Assembly: GCF_009914755.1 (NCBI RefSeq) | Contig: NC_060925.1 | Reading direction: 5' to 3' (one strand) | Length of the DNA stretch: 64,000 bases | From: the human T2T-CHM13v2.0 reference genome, Homo sapiens | Shown: piece by piece, positions 12,725 through 26,035 of the stretch | How the letters are laid out: every line of letters begins with the position of its first letter | Numbering within the stretch: position 1 is the stretch's first letter | Notes under the pieces: generated by a model | The model's input: the letters and a program-made list of their open reading frames with translations, nothing else | Databases searched by the model: none | What the model was told of the DNA's origin: nothing | Translations under genes and position numbers: made by a program

Positions 12725-14793
12725 TCTGATTACATTTGGGTGGTTGGGGCTTGATCCAGGGGTCACCGGCTCACAGGCCATAGTATGTTGGGTTGGTTAG
12801 CCCATTTACACTTCATCTTCCCATTCAGAGCATTTTTATCCCATTCTCCATTGCCCAGACTTTTTTAGTTTCTGAGCTTCATGCTATCTCATGTACTCTC
12901 AGATAGACTGGTTCTTGGTAACATCTTATGATTCAGCAAGTAAATAATGAAAATGGACCAAGGGCCTAAGGAGGATGGTTATTGGGGCTCTAGCTAGATG
13001 TGGCTCTTCCGCTGGCTACTTTTGTGACCTTCATTGTAGCACTAATCTTTCTGTGGGCCTCAGTTTACTTTTATTACAGCAAATTATTAAAAGGAGGGGA
13101 CTATACTTGATTCCATGAATTTTAACTGAATTCCAGTAGAGAAGGGCAAGAGAGGCAGTGTTTGGCATTAAAATGGAATCTTTGCTGTCAAGGAGACCTG
13201 CTTTTTTTTTTTCTGTTAAAACTTGCTGCCTGTGACAGCATCTGTGTTGCCATAGCAATACATCTTTGAAAGTGGTGACATCATACTCTGTTGCCATGGA
13301 GATAAGATTGCTCTCACAAACAATGGATTCCATCACCACCATGTTGGAGTTTGAGAAGGAGGTAAGAAGTTCTGTTGCCCAGATGCTTGCCATTTCCAAA
13401 GCAGGGTTTGCTGGGATTCAAATGCAGTGGTTAGAGGGCAGCTTTGTCTATTTCAACTTCAGTCCCTTTCTGCCCTCCCTGGTTCCCACCAGGCCATTTC
13501 TATCACTTGTTCTGTCTTTCTCAGCACATCTATTTATTTGTCCCAATGGGGCTCCTTCCTTGACTAATGTAGAGACCAAAGAACTCCAGAAGATTATTCT
13601 AATTATGAAAATCAAGTTCAGAAAAATGGAGAATAAGGAGGACTAGCTTATTTGCCTCTTCTAATGACTAAAGATTCCTTTAGGGTTTAGCTGCAAACAG
13701 ACCCTCTTCCCATCTTGATTGCTGAGTCCTTCATGCCCATAGCTTGGACCCTACAGACTGGATACCCCTGAAGACCTGACTATGATGTGGATCCCAAGTG
13801 GTTCCTGCCTTGGACAATGGGAAGGATGAGTCCGTAAACATTCCGAATCACTGCCTCCTCTGATATGGAGCTGTTGATTGACCTCTCCCCTTGCTGAATG
13901 TCTAGGGTTTTTGGTCCTATGACCCTTATGTGGCTCTATTACAGAGGCCTGTGTTTCCTTCTTTCTAAACCAAATGGTGTATGAGTTCCCAGCTTCTGTG
14001 GAAAGGGTCTCAGTTTCTCTACCAGGGAGGATCAGCAGAAACTAAGTAGGGGTTTCACTCCCTCCATTTCTGCTTTTTCCCTGTGAAATGTTCCCAGCTT
14101 CTCACACAGTTGTGGGGTCTCATAGCGTGTGGGCACCAACTGGCAGGCATTCAGCTGCTGGAATGGCTGGTGAGGTCCGTAGAACTAAAGTCAAGCCCCA
14201 CTGAAGGCTGTGGTTTGGCCTGTCTGGTTTCCCTTCCTCTTGAAAATATTGAAGGATGGATTTAAAAAATGATGGAGTGAAGGCCTCTGCTCCACCTCCC
14301 CATCCAGGTCTTTTTATCATGTGCTGAGAGAGGCTACTTTCCCCCTTCCCTGCTCCTCCTCTGTGGGTGACTGTGTGCATAGCCGAGTCGCTATCTCGGA
14401 GTCCCTCTTCATCTGGTTGTGGGTGACATGTCCATACTCCACTCACTGTCAGCCTCTACCTTCAAAGTCACCACCAAGTGATGGAAAATGAAGAACTTTT
14501 TTTACGGTTCCTGTTCTCTGACTCTCTTTTTACTATCTTGGCCTGAGAGTTGGGGGTTAGGTGTGTTGGGGTGGCATCCAAGGATTCAGAGACTATAGAG
14601 AGTAAATACCATTTGGTTTAATATGGTAGTATTTATGTACAGTGTACTCTGTCCAAACAAAGTGTCAGGCCCCATGGGGAAACTGTGAGGTGACTACAAC
14701 GTGGTTCCTGCCCTAAAGGAGCTTAGCATCGAGGGGAAGAAAGCCCATACCCACATCCAGACCCAGAGCAAGACCCTTTCTAATAAGCACTTA

Positions 14794-15009
<216 letters not shown>

Positions 15010-15478
15010 CTATGTGGAACCTGCCTGAATCGTCTCTTCTCCTCCCAAGGAAGCCTCTTTGGGTAAATACCAGCCCACCCCTCAGACCCAGACTTCCTCT
15101 GCCTGCAGGGAGGAAGAAGCAGATTCCACGGAGCCCCTTGCCTTTGTCAGTCATGTTCCATTACTGAAAGGATTTCAGAAATATTAGGTCTGAGCCCCCA
15201 GTTCTGTGGAGAGACCTGCTAAAAAACTACTGATGGAAGCCACTCCATTCCTAGGAGGGACGGGCTATCTGGAAAGACGCTGTGTTCTGTGCAGCCTTAA
15301 CTCAAAGTGGAGCAAGTGTTTTCTTTCCTGAAATTCACTTTGGGGCATGACAGTTTGCTTTCAAACGTAAACAAGTTGTCTAAGCCAATATTAGTATCTG
15401 GTATAAGAAGACTGTGTGCCTAGTTCTTGTGACCCCCAGCTCCCTCAGTATAGAGAAGCCCCTCATTTGTGGCTCTCA

Positions 15479-15757
<279 letters not shown>

Positions 15758-16627
15758 CTATAAAAGAAGGATGTTGGTCTAAGTGGTCTTCCAGCTTTGA
15801 ACACTGAAGTTACAGTCATTAATTATTCAATGTGTGTAGGGTCAATGGTCTTTATTAATATTATTATTAATTAATGTTTCCATCTTCTCCAGCATTAGAA
15901 AGCCCTAGGGGTGGGGGCGCTAGAGGGAAAGGTACCAAAATCCATCTAAGCCCCTGTTCATTTTGACATGAAAATTAATTGCAAGGCACCACACAAACTT
16001 GAAAGCAAGTCCTGAGCCGAGCCCTTCACAGACAAGGCCTTAGCCATGGCTCATGGGAGTAAATATCACCAACCTGGAGGTTTACCAGGAGCTCACTAGG
16101 TTGGTGGAAGATAGCTAGCTCCTCACCTTGGCTGTCATTCATCAAGAGGCTGCTTCTAAAGGCTGCGTGTTCCCTAGAGTTTGTGCTTCTCTGTTCCATG
16201 TGGGCTCTCTGTTCTCTAGCAGCTCCCTTGAAATGGACCAGTAGGTTCATAAGGAGCTCAGGGGATCAGAGAAGTGGCCACCAACTGCTTGATGTCTGCT
16301 ATTACCTATGGGTTCCAATCATCTAGGCCAGCGGTTTTCAGCTTTTTTGAATTTGAAGACCCTACTTTTAACAGTAAAAATATCACAGACTCTCTGAGGA
16401 ATCTGTCGATTGAGAAAATATTCAATGGCAAAATGCTGCTCTAAATCCATTGCACTTTTAAATGAGTTTGTACTCAAATTACCACAATACAGCATCTAAG
16501 TGGTATTTGAATAGGTAAGAAAGGCGACTGGTTTCCTCTGCCCATGAGGTGTGCCCATAGGGTTCATGGTGATGACATCTCGGTGGCCTCCAAGCTGAGG
16601 ACCATGATGGCGTAGGTAGGTTTCCCT

Positions 16628-16770
16628 TTGTTTTATTTTTTAAATTTTTAGTAAAGACAGGGTCTCACTATGTTGCCCAGGCTAGTCTTGAGCTTCTGGG
16701 CTCAAGCAACCCTCTCCACCTCAGCCTCCCAAAGTGCTAGGATTACAGGCGTGAGCCACCGCGCCCAGCC
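16628..16770 (-). mobile_element. Free Alu left monomer (FLAM_C-like) with 12-bp TSD
   Basis: Single monomer with T-rich tail; GTAGGTTTCCCT at 16616-16627 and 16772-16783. Confidence 0.88.
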
Positions 16771-17199
16771 TGTAGGTTTCCCTCTATCTTCCTATCAATA
16801 CCCAGTGGTGTTATTTGCAGTGGGTTTCTCAGTCTCAGTGGGCATCACCTAACCTTTCCATACATTTGTTTGCTGCTGAATCTCTGCCCCAGTTTCGTTT
16901 CCATGGGGCCAAGAGACTTAGGTACAAACTCCCCTGTTTGTTTCCTCAGCTCCCTTGGAGCCAAAAGCTCCTGGTGGGGATGAATGAACTGAAATCTTGG
17001 AAGGTTCATTAACTAATTAACATTCGTGAATGCTCATAAAACCTTCAGAATGAAATAATAATGCAGGGCCTGAGGACATGAAATATTTTGGGTTGTACCT
17101 TGATAGATAGTTAAGGGCTATTTTATTCTCTTTAATATTCTCTTTAAGCATACACTGACTTCGAATTGAGGCAGTCTCTTTCTTGCTCTTATTCTTTCC

Positions 17200-17238
<39 letters not shown>
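17200..17238. repeat. (CT)n(CA)n microsatellite
   Basis: Seen directly. Confidence 0.9.
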
Positions 17239-17591
17239 TGCAACTCACAGATTTCTTTAAGAGTGCAGTGAGTGGAGAATTGTAAATGCAGCAGATACTA
17301 AAGAATGTGTTATTTGGTATTGGACTGCATTATGTTGCAGATGTTTGTTACTAAATGCAAAAATCTAGATTTACAAAACAGATCAATGGGTAATGAATTT
17401 GCAGGGAAACTGGAGAATGACTATGCCCTTTACAATAGGCATTGCCATACGTTTGCTATAAACATAAAGTCTCCTTACTGGATTTAAAGTCTGATCAATT
17501 TACAGATACTTGTGCAAGCGTGAATGGAGCACACCCACACAGGTGCATGCACTGTATTCCCTCTCCCCATGCCCCTGGATGAGTTACTTAC

Positions 17592-17715
17592 CAACCGGCT
17601 GTGCTCAGATACTGAGATGCTGCTGGGATGCACTGCAAGGCTCACACACTGGCTGATGCTGGCAGCAAATCGATTAGGTTCCCAGGCCTGTTGGCATTTG
17701 TCCCTGCGGGAGCAC
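17592..17715 (-). CDS. PLXNA2: PLXNA2 coding exon (probably exon 6), 124 bp: [41 protein letters not shown]
   Basis: Read manually; acceptor CAG 17718-17716, donor GTAAGT 17591-17586; phase 2 in, phase 0 out, consistent with neighbours. Confidence 0.95.
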
Positions 17716-17958
17716 CTGCCATAAACACAGATTCACAAGAGGTCAGGCCTCTGGGACCCATCTGTTTGGCTCCATTGTCCCCTGGGCAAGATGGGAGTTT
17801 GCTGCCCTGAGGCCTGTGTCCTGTCTTCTCAAGAAGACTTTTACTGTACTCCGGAGGGCCTTGGTGACTCTCAGACAGTCTCCGTCGCAGTTAAGGACAG
17901 ACTGAGAGGGAAGAGGATTAATCCCCAACATGAGAGATCCAGTTTCGACACAAAGAAT

Positions 17959-18299
17959 TAACAGTGGAGGGTGTTCAGGTTCTTGATGTCTTGAACAAAG
18001 AATTGGACAAAACGCACAAACAAAGCAAGGAAGGAATGAAGGGATTTATTGAAAATGAAAGTTCACTCCACAGTGCGGGAGCGGGCCTGAGCATAGGGGC
18101 TCAAAGGCCCTGTTATAGAATTTTGGGGGAGTTTAAATACCCTCTGCTTGGAGTATGTCTTATGTAAATGAAGAGGATGAAGTAAAGTTACAAAGTCATT
18201 TACAGCCAGTGTACGCCTATGGAGAGGATATTTTCTGTCAGAGCTGAAGTGTGAATCAGCCTTATGTTCCCTGCCTCCAGACCCTGTTTTCCTGCCTCA
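17959..18299 (-). mobile_element. ERV1 solo LTR, MER61-like
   Basis: Minus strand begins TGAGGCAGGAAAACAGGGTCTGGAGGCAGGGAAC; TATTTAAA and AATAAA (18050-18045); 4-bp GAAT on both flanks. Confidence 0.8.
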
Positions 18300-18310
18300 G
18301 AATGACTCTG

Positions 18311-18614
18311 TTATTTTTGTTTGTTTGTTTTTTTGAGACAGAGTCTTGCTCTGTTGCCTAAGCTGGAGTGCAGTGGCAGGGTCTCAGCTCACTGAAAACT
18401 CCACCTCCCGGGTTCAGGCAATTCTCCTGTCCCAGCCTCCTGAGTATCTGGGATTACAGGCGCCCACCACCGTGCCCGGCTAATTTTTATATTTTTAGTA
18501 GAGACGGGGTTTCACCATCTTGGCCAGGATGGTCTCAAACTCCTGATCTCGTGATCCACCTGCGTCAGTCTCCCAAAGTGCTGAGATTACAGGTGTGAGC
18601 CACCGCACCTGGCC
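18311..18614 (-). mobile_element. Alu, AluS (Sg-like)
   Basis: Full dimer; ctcgtgatcc deletion type; TSD agaatgactct at 18299-18309 and 18617-18627. Confidence 0.9.
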
Positions 18615-18699
18615 CTAGAATGACTCTTTACAGCACTGTGGGATGCTGAGACCACAGAGTGAGGGCAGCCTGTGGGACCTGAGAAGCAGCACAGCCATG

Positions 18700-19215
18700 G
18701 AAAAGCAAATGAACTTTGGGGCCAAAGAGCCTGGGTTCCAACCTCAGACCTGTTACCTACTAGCTGCGACCCCTTGGACAAACTACTTAATCTCTCTCTG
18801 CCTCAGTTTCCTCAACTGTAAAAAAAAAATAAGGATTGGCCAGGCATGGTGGCTCACACCTGTAATCCCAGCACTTTGGGAGGCTAAGATGAGGAGGATT
18901 GCTTGAGCCTATGAGTTCAAGACCAACCTGGGCAACATAGTGGGACCCCATTCTAAAAAAAAAAATTAGCTGGGTATGGTGGCACACGCCTCTAGTTCCA
19001 GTTACTCAAGAGGCTGAGTTGGTTAGATTACTTGAGCGCTGTAGTGAGCTGTGATTGCACCACTACACTCTCACCTGGGTGACACAGTGAGACCTTATCT
19101 CAAAGAAAAAGAAAAGGAGGAGGAGGATGATAATACCTATTTCACAGGGTTGGTGTAAGAATTAAAGGAGTTAGTGCTTAGAAAATGGCCTGGCGCATAG
19201 TAGGTGCCATGACAG
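18700..19215 (+). mobile_element. MIR interrupted by an AluJ
   Basis: gcctcagtttcctcaactgtaaaa before the Alu continues as gataatacctatttcacagggttg...gcatagtaggtgc after it. Confidence 0.75.
18838..19114 (+). mobile_element. AluJ with deletion in right arm
   Basis: gaggattgcttgagcc...ctgggcaacatag diagnostic of J. Confidence 0.88.
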
Positions 19216-21895
19216 TGTTAGCCCTTATAATATTAATATTAATGATGCTGATAATGATTCATATTATCATTTTCCTCCAGAGAAATTTTTAAGAAAATAG
19301 GAGAGGGTCTTGGCAGTGTGGGACAGTGTGCATATGATCTTGTGGGTGGATTAATGGCTATTTGAAGGCAGTGGCCATGTTTTATTCATTGGGATATTCT
19401 ACCTGTCACATGGTATATTTTAAATAAATGTTTGTGTCACGAAATAATGCCTTGAGACAGAGAGACAGACAAGGCGCTGCAGCCAGGGCTGCCTCTGTCA
19501 GAAAGCTTGTTTGGCTGTTTCTCCCAACATCTTCATCTCGGGCTCTAGGCTCCCCTGCCCACAGTAGCAGGTGGGCAGGTGACACCAGCACTCGGGAGCT
19601 TCAGGTTACTGTCTGCCTTGTCACATGGAAACCCGCTCCACGGCTGGTGCCAGCGTGTCCAAACCAAATAGCCATCGGGACACTAGTGATTCCACAATCA
19701 AGCAGTGATTCGCACCCTAACTCCCTCCAAACTCCTCCCCCTCTTCCTTTTCAGGCACATAATGGATCTAAATATGAATGCTGTCAAAGAAAAGAATTAT
19801 TGAGGTTTAAGTGAATCCTTAAGATAGCTCTAAAGTGAGCTCTTGACTGGAGCCTTTATCTCATTGACTCACTGAAATGGCTCTTTTTTATCATACTATT
19901 TATGGCAACAGCCCTAACAGAGATAAATAGCCTTGGAGACAATAACACACTTGCAAGAGCAAGGCATACAGAAGAGACAGGAAGGCTTCAATTCCCCCCA
20001 ACCCCTCAGAGGCTCCTCAGCCCTCGGCCTCCATTAAAGAGGCCACCGTGGGGACCCGGGAGCTGCAGCTTCCCCCATCTCCTCACGCCTGATACCAGGC
20101 TGCTGCTTGGCAGGTGGGAGAGCACTGCAGGAGGGTCTGGTGAAGAAGAGAATGACCAGATGCAGAGAAACCTCTGGGTATAAACAGCAAAAATCTTGTT
20201 CTCCGCGAGCTCTTGGGGCGGAGAAGCTGGGAGATGAGTGTCCTGGTAGGTAGGGAGGATTCTCTAAAGAGTTAAGGAGTTAAGGGGACAGAGGAAACCT
20301 GGGACTATTCTGATGTGGCTAATTCCAGCAGTCACGGCTGACCTGCACCAGGAGGAAGACCAGGTGGTTTGCGGCAGCGGGGAGGCCCAGGCATTGCTGA
20401 TAGATCTATAGGCACTTGTTCAAGATGGGGAAAACAGACGTCCTTGCTGTTGAATAAATGATAATCCCCGATCTATAATTTTGGTGTGTTCGACATGGGA
20501 GAAGTGCCACAGGCACTGAAGCTGGGAGGACAGAGTGGCGGAGGCATGGGGAGTAGGAGGTACCGCTGGACATGACCACTGCAGAGCTAGAGGGCAGGCT
20601 GCCCAGGGCCCTTTGCACAGAGCTGGCAGCAGGCTGTCAGGTTCTTTGGAGAAAGAAATTCTCTCGAGGAAAGACCCTGCCTGCTGGCTGGTGGGTCAGC
20701 CTCACTGCAGGGAACCAAGATTTACCCCCTTTTGCCATTCTGGGGCACAACATTAGCATCTTTACCACTTGTCTGACCTAAATGGAGACACACTGTCCAG
20801 GTCTGCTAAGAGCATTTCTGCAAAACTTTCTGAGCAGTCTTTTACCTCCAAAACCCAAGCAGGGAACCCAGTATTCACGGGCTCAAATCCAGTCCAGATT
20901 TTGCATCTGTGAGGCACCAGCTTCCCTCCCTCCCTCCAGAGCCCTCCCAACACCTGCCGCAGAGGCTGGAAGCCAAGAGCTATTGTGCAGGACCCTGAAC
21001 TCTGGCCCTCCGCCTCCGCCTCCACCCCAAACCCAGCTCATTTCATGGAGATGCTTTGCTAGCTGGCATGGAGCCCTGGAGTTTCCAACTCCATTGGGCA
21101 ACAGAATTCCTAGCCAGCTCCTGTCTTTCGGGGTTTTCACCCTTTCTCTTCCCCTGGGGCTCTTCAAATTAGGAAGTTTAAGTGTGATTTAGCATTTATA
21201 TTGAGTTGGTATTCAACGGCAGATCATGAGGCCAGTTGAAGTGAGATGTGAACTTCTTAGAATCATAAAATAATGAGACCAGAAGGGTCCTCCCAAGGGT
21301 ATAGGGTCCATGATAATTATTCTGATTTGTGTAGCCTTTTCTGGGCTTCCTTATTACCAAAGCATTTATTATTTCATTCAGTCTTCACAATTCACCTGTG
21401 AAATAGGCATTTTCCCTAAACAGCAATGGAGAAACAGAGGCCTGGAGTTGTCAGGGGACCCATCCAGGGTCACACAGCAGCTAGCTGGAGTCTAAACCTC
21501 CCAATGCCAGTGCACCACCATCTGCACACTCTTGGCACAGAGGGGCACCCATTTCAGGCTACACTGAAGAAGTTTTGGGGAAACCTAAAGACTACAGTAT
21601 CCCTTGTGAGTTCTTTCAAAGACACAAGGATATAAGCACCTCACTTCAGAGCAGCTGAAGGGCTGAATTTGGAAGTAAAATGGAAGAAGAGAGGCAAAGA
21701 CCCTGCACTTAGAAAGAAGGCCCACCCATGGCCTCTTTGCCTCTTCCTGCTCTCAACACTGAAGCCACGATTAGAATTACTGCTCTGAAGAGGACAATTC
21801 CTCTCTCTCTCTGCAAAGTACTGTCATATCCCATCATTCCCGGAAAGCCCCGGTCTTCTGCATGCCAAACCCTTTTCCAGTATACCCCAAACTTA

Positions 21896-22057
<162 letters not shown>

Positions 22058-25000
22058 TCACACAGTCCTGTGTGTACTCACACTTGCACTGTCAACTCCC
22101 CTAAAGAGGTGATACTGGGCGGCAAGTCATGGCCTCAATGTCCCCAATCTCTTTACCTGCATAAGGCAGGTAGGCTAAGCCGAGTGTGTCTCTGAGTGGC
22201 AGCCCTAAGACTTCTTGCCTTCGCGAGAGGTAGCAGCAAAGGCTCCATCTATTTCTGCCCTCCACTAGCATCCTCCCGAGAGCTGGGCAAGCCAGTGGCA
22301 AGTACTGAAAATGGTTAACTCTGTTGAAAGGCTATTGAGTGGCACAAACTCATCTCTGAAGAGCTTTCAGCTGGGCTTGGGCTGAGACATCCTGCCTACA
22401 CAGAAAACATTCAAAAAGGGAAAGGAGAAACTTTTCCCATCAAATAATATTCATAGTATGGTACAGACTCTTTACAGCCAACCAAATATACCACCTGGAC
22501 CCAATTATCCCATTCTCTGATGTCTGCATTCAGTTTCTCTAGTAAATCTCCCATCCTTTGAAAAGTCTGGCTAAATGGGAACATCCACAGAAAAGAGCTG
22601 CCTGATTCAGTCTTGCCTGGAAAGTGGGAATTTGTAGATCAAGACCCTGCCCCCCAGAGAGTGTAGCCCTTGCACACTCCTCCTGGTCTTCTGCTGGGGC
22701 CCTGCAGGGGCTTGAGCTGGGCCTGTCTGGATATTACTCACCCCTACTTGCACAGCAGGGGTGAAAATAAAGACCAGGCAAGGGGGCCAGAGGACTGAAG
22801 TGTTCCAGTTGATATGTCCTAGGTATCTGTTGCTGGCTGGGGCAGGAGGCTGCTGGGCTGCAAAAACATTTGCTGTGCTGGGAATGGGTTCTTATTTGTT
22901 AGGGCATAGAGGTCCCCCACCTACCAGATGTGTAAAAAGTAAAAACATAACCTGTGGTCCAGTAGCACAGTGTTCTGCCTCTGGCAGGGGGACAAAAGAT
23001 ATGACGGAGACATCTCCACGGCATCCTCCTGAGAGGTTCAGGATGGATCCTAACACTGTTCACTCAGCAAATGTTTATCAGATGTCAACGCTGTGGAGCT
23101 CTGGTGCTATGCAACAGAGAAACGACAGCGAACAGCACACAGATTCTGCCCTCCCAGAACCCTACGGTCCAGTGGGAGTTGGTAATGACAAACCGAGACT
23201 TGCTCTACATTGTGCTGAGTTTTTGTTGTGTGGGATTGCTGTGAGTGCTGAAGGTTTGGGGAACTTAGCGAAGAGGTGACCAGTGGTGTAGGGGTGCCTT
23301 GAAGGGTAAGAGGGGGTCAGATGCAGAGACCTGGAAAGACATGCCAATCTGAAGGATTGTGATGAGCGAAAGCGATCATGGATAAGTTCAGTATAAACTT
23401 AAGTGTAGGGTGTACAGTGGGTGGGGGGGGAGAGAGATGAGCCTGCCTTTCCTCTCTTGGGTGTCCCCACCCATCCTTCCTACATCATCACACTTAACAT
23501 TGCATATATGAGGCTTTTCTGTAAGTCAGTGACATGATCAGCTTTAAACATCCCTCACCTCCCTTTAATAATAAAAACATGAAATGCAGGGAGATGAGTG
23601 TAAAATCTTGCAATTTAGCTTTAAAAAAGACTGGTACTATAAGTTTAAGACGGGGGATAGCTGATTTGAAATAGTTCAAGTGTGATAGACCTAAGGGTTT
23701 GAGTTGACTCAAAGTCAACTCAACTCAAAATCTGATGTGACCTGATAGGGTGAGGTGATAACGAAAGAAGCTAATCTGACCATGGGCTGCATAAATAGAC
23801 ACACAGCATCAGGGTCGAGAGAAGCCACCCCCCACTGTGGAGTCCGGAGTTCAGGTCTCCGCAGCCTGCCCTAGGAGAGGCGTTGCTCAACCAGAGATCC
23901 TTCCCGGAGGGTGGCCAGGATGGGGTGGGATGCAGCAGATGAACCTGGGATGTTTATTTAGTCCAATGAAGAGTCTCAAAGTAGTCATGCAGGCTGTTTT
24001 CCAGTGTTCGAAGGGGAGCAGTATGGCTGCAGTGGGACTCATGGGTGAAAAGCTCAGAAAAGCTCAACATCATGCAACCGCCTGGCTTTCCAAAGGAACG
24101 CCTATCACAGGGATGCATAAGCAGTCAAGGTGACATTCGTCCCAAAGGCTGGAAGAAAGGATTTCTGCCCTCAGAGGAAGGCTACATTAGTCCCTGCCAA
24201 TTCTGACATTCCAGCCTTCTATTTCCCACAGTTTCCCTAACTCCTCCTTGAGACTGTTGATGATTTTTGTCCTGTACAACTCTACAGTTAAAAGATAACA
24301 TGCAGCCACCACCACCACCACCAATTCACACCGCCTTAAAGAATAACCCTTGAACCCTGCCTCATGGCCCACGATGCCTACAAGAAACACCTTTCAGACA
24401 GGTATCTGCCGGAGACCTTCTAGTGTACGTCTCCCAGGCCTGGTGACTATCAGCCCTCTGGGATAACAGAGACCCTGGCTGCCTGGGAGGCTTCCGCTGG
24501 CCCCCTCCAAACCACTCTCTGAGGCCTGAGAATGGTGGTCCAGTGCCTAGCCTCCTTTTCTTGGGTTTCGGGCTCCTTGTGAGGGATGTCTGCATCTGGC
24601 TGCAAATTAAAACAACTGTCTGCATTGCATTCGGCCCGTCTGTCAAAACACAGCCCAGCCCTCAGCAGCTGGGAAAAGGGGCCCTGAATGGGAGCAGTGT
24701 CTCCAGCAACAAAGCCCACTTTCACGCCAAGTGCCACGGAGATAGTGAAACCCTGTTCTTCTCCAAACATGAAACCAATAGCACAACTATTTTTCCTGTT
24801 TCCTGGGCCCTCCTGGTGATTTTTTTTTTTTTTTAATGCACTGAGTTGAAGAGCAAAGTGAAACAGGAAACTTGTAAGTTGGCAGGGGTGGAGGGGGGGT
24901 GGTCTAAAACTTGAATTATTCTGTCCTCTAAGATGTAACAGCCACACACAAACCAGAGGAAAGAAATGTCACAGTGACCGGGTGGAGACCCTCAAAGTCA

Positions 25001-25260
25001 GATGTTCCCAGGAGCCTCCTCTGTCTCTTATATTCATGTGCTTCTATATTCATTTGTCAGTCAATATTCATTGATTGTGTCCTCCATCCAGGCCAGTGCT
25101 AGGCACTTCAGAATAAAAACAACGACAGCATTAAAACACAACTAGCACCTTCAAGTTGCGAACAGGCTAGCAATAAAAAGAAGAAAGCGATACGTGTTCT
25201 AAGACAAGTATTCAAAGAGGGCTGAGGGAATTCAGAGCAACGAGAAAACACTGCCTGCAT

Positions 25261-25578
25261 CTGTGCTGCCCAGTACAATAGCCACTAGCTTCATGCGGCT
25301 ATTGAGTTTGAAATGTAGCTAGGACAAATTAAGATGTACTGTAAGTCTACAATACACACTGGATTTGGAAGATTTAGAGAGGAAAAGAAAAAAGGGAAAA
25401 AATTACATCAATAATTTTTATTGACATGTTGAAGAGATATTTTGCTTATCTTGAATTAAATGTATTATTAATTTCACCTGTTCTTCTTCCTTTTTGAAAT
25501 GTGGCTACTAGAAAAGTTAAAATTACACATGTAGTTCATGCTTGTGGCTCATATTTTATTTCTATCTGACAGTGCTGC
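25261..25578. mobile_element. MER33-like hAT-Charlie element
   Basis: ctgtgctgcccagtac..tagccactagc...gtggctactagaaaa...gacagtgctg. Confidence 0.75.
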
Positions 25579-25885
25579 CCTAAACGGAGTATACACAGTA
25601 TGTGTCCGGGCCTTAAAAGGTGAAGAATATTTAGACAGATGAAGAGCATTCCAGGTGGAAAGAACCATATAAGCAGACACTGGAAAGCAGGGTTTCTTCA
25701 AACACCTTTGGTGAGGGCAAGGGAGGGATGGTGCAAGTCTGGATATGTGAGTCTGGGTGACCATGGGAAGAACTGCAAAGACCACAGAGCTGGAATATGT
25801 GATGCCTCCAAGCCTTCTAGCCTTGGCCAAAACAATGTCCTCCATGAGGCAGGTCTGGGGCCCTCAAGGAGCAATGGCCCTCAGT

Positions 25886-26035
25886 GTATGGTTCTCAAAC
25901 CAGCACCATTGGTGTCACGTGTGAGATTACTGAACATGAAAATCCAGGGTGCACTAAATCAGAAACACTGGGGAAGAGGTCCAGGAAATGGGTCTTAACA
26001 ACTCTCCAACCGATTCTTACGCAGGCCAACCACTG
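25886..26035. mobile_element. MER5-family fragment
   Basis: tggttctcaaac...ctaaatcagaaac..tgggg...ttaacaa...gattctta...aaccactg. Confidence 0.55.
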
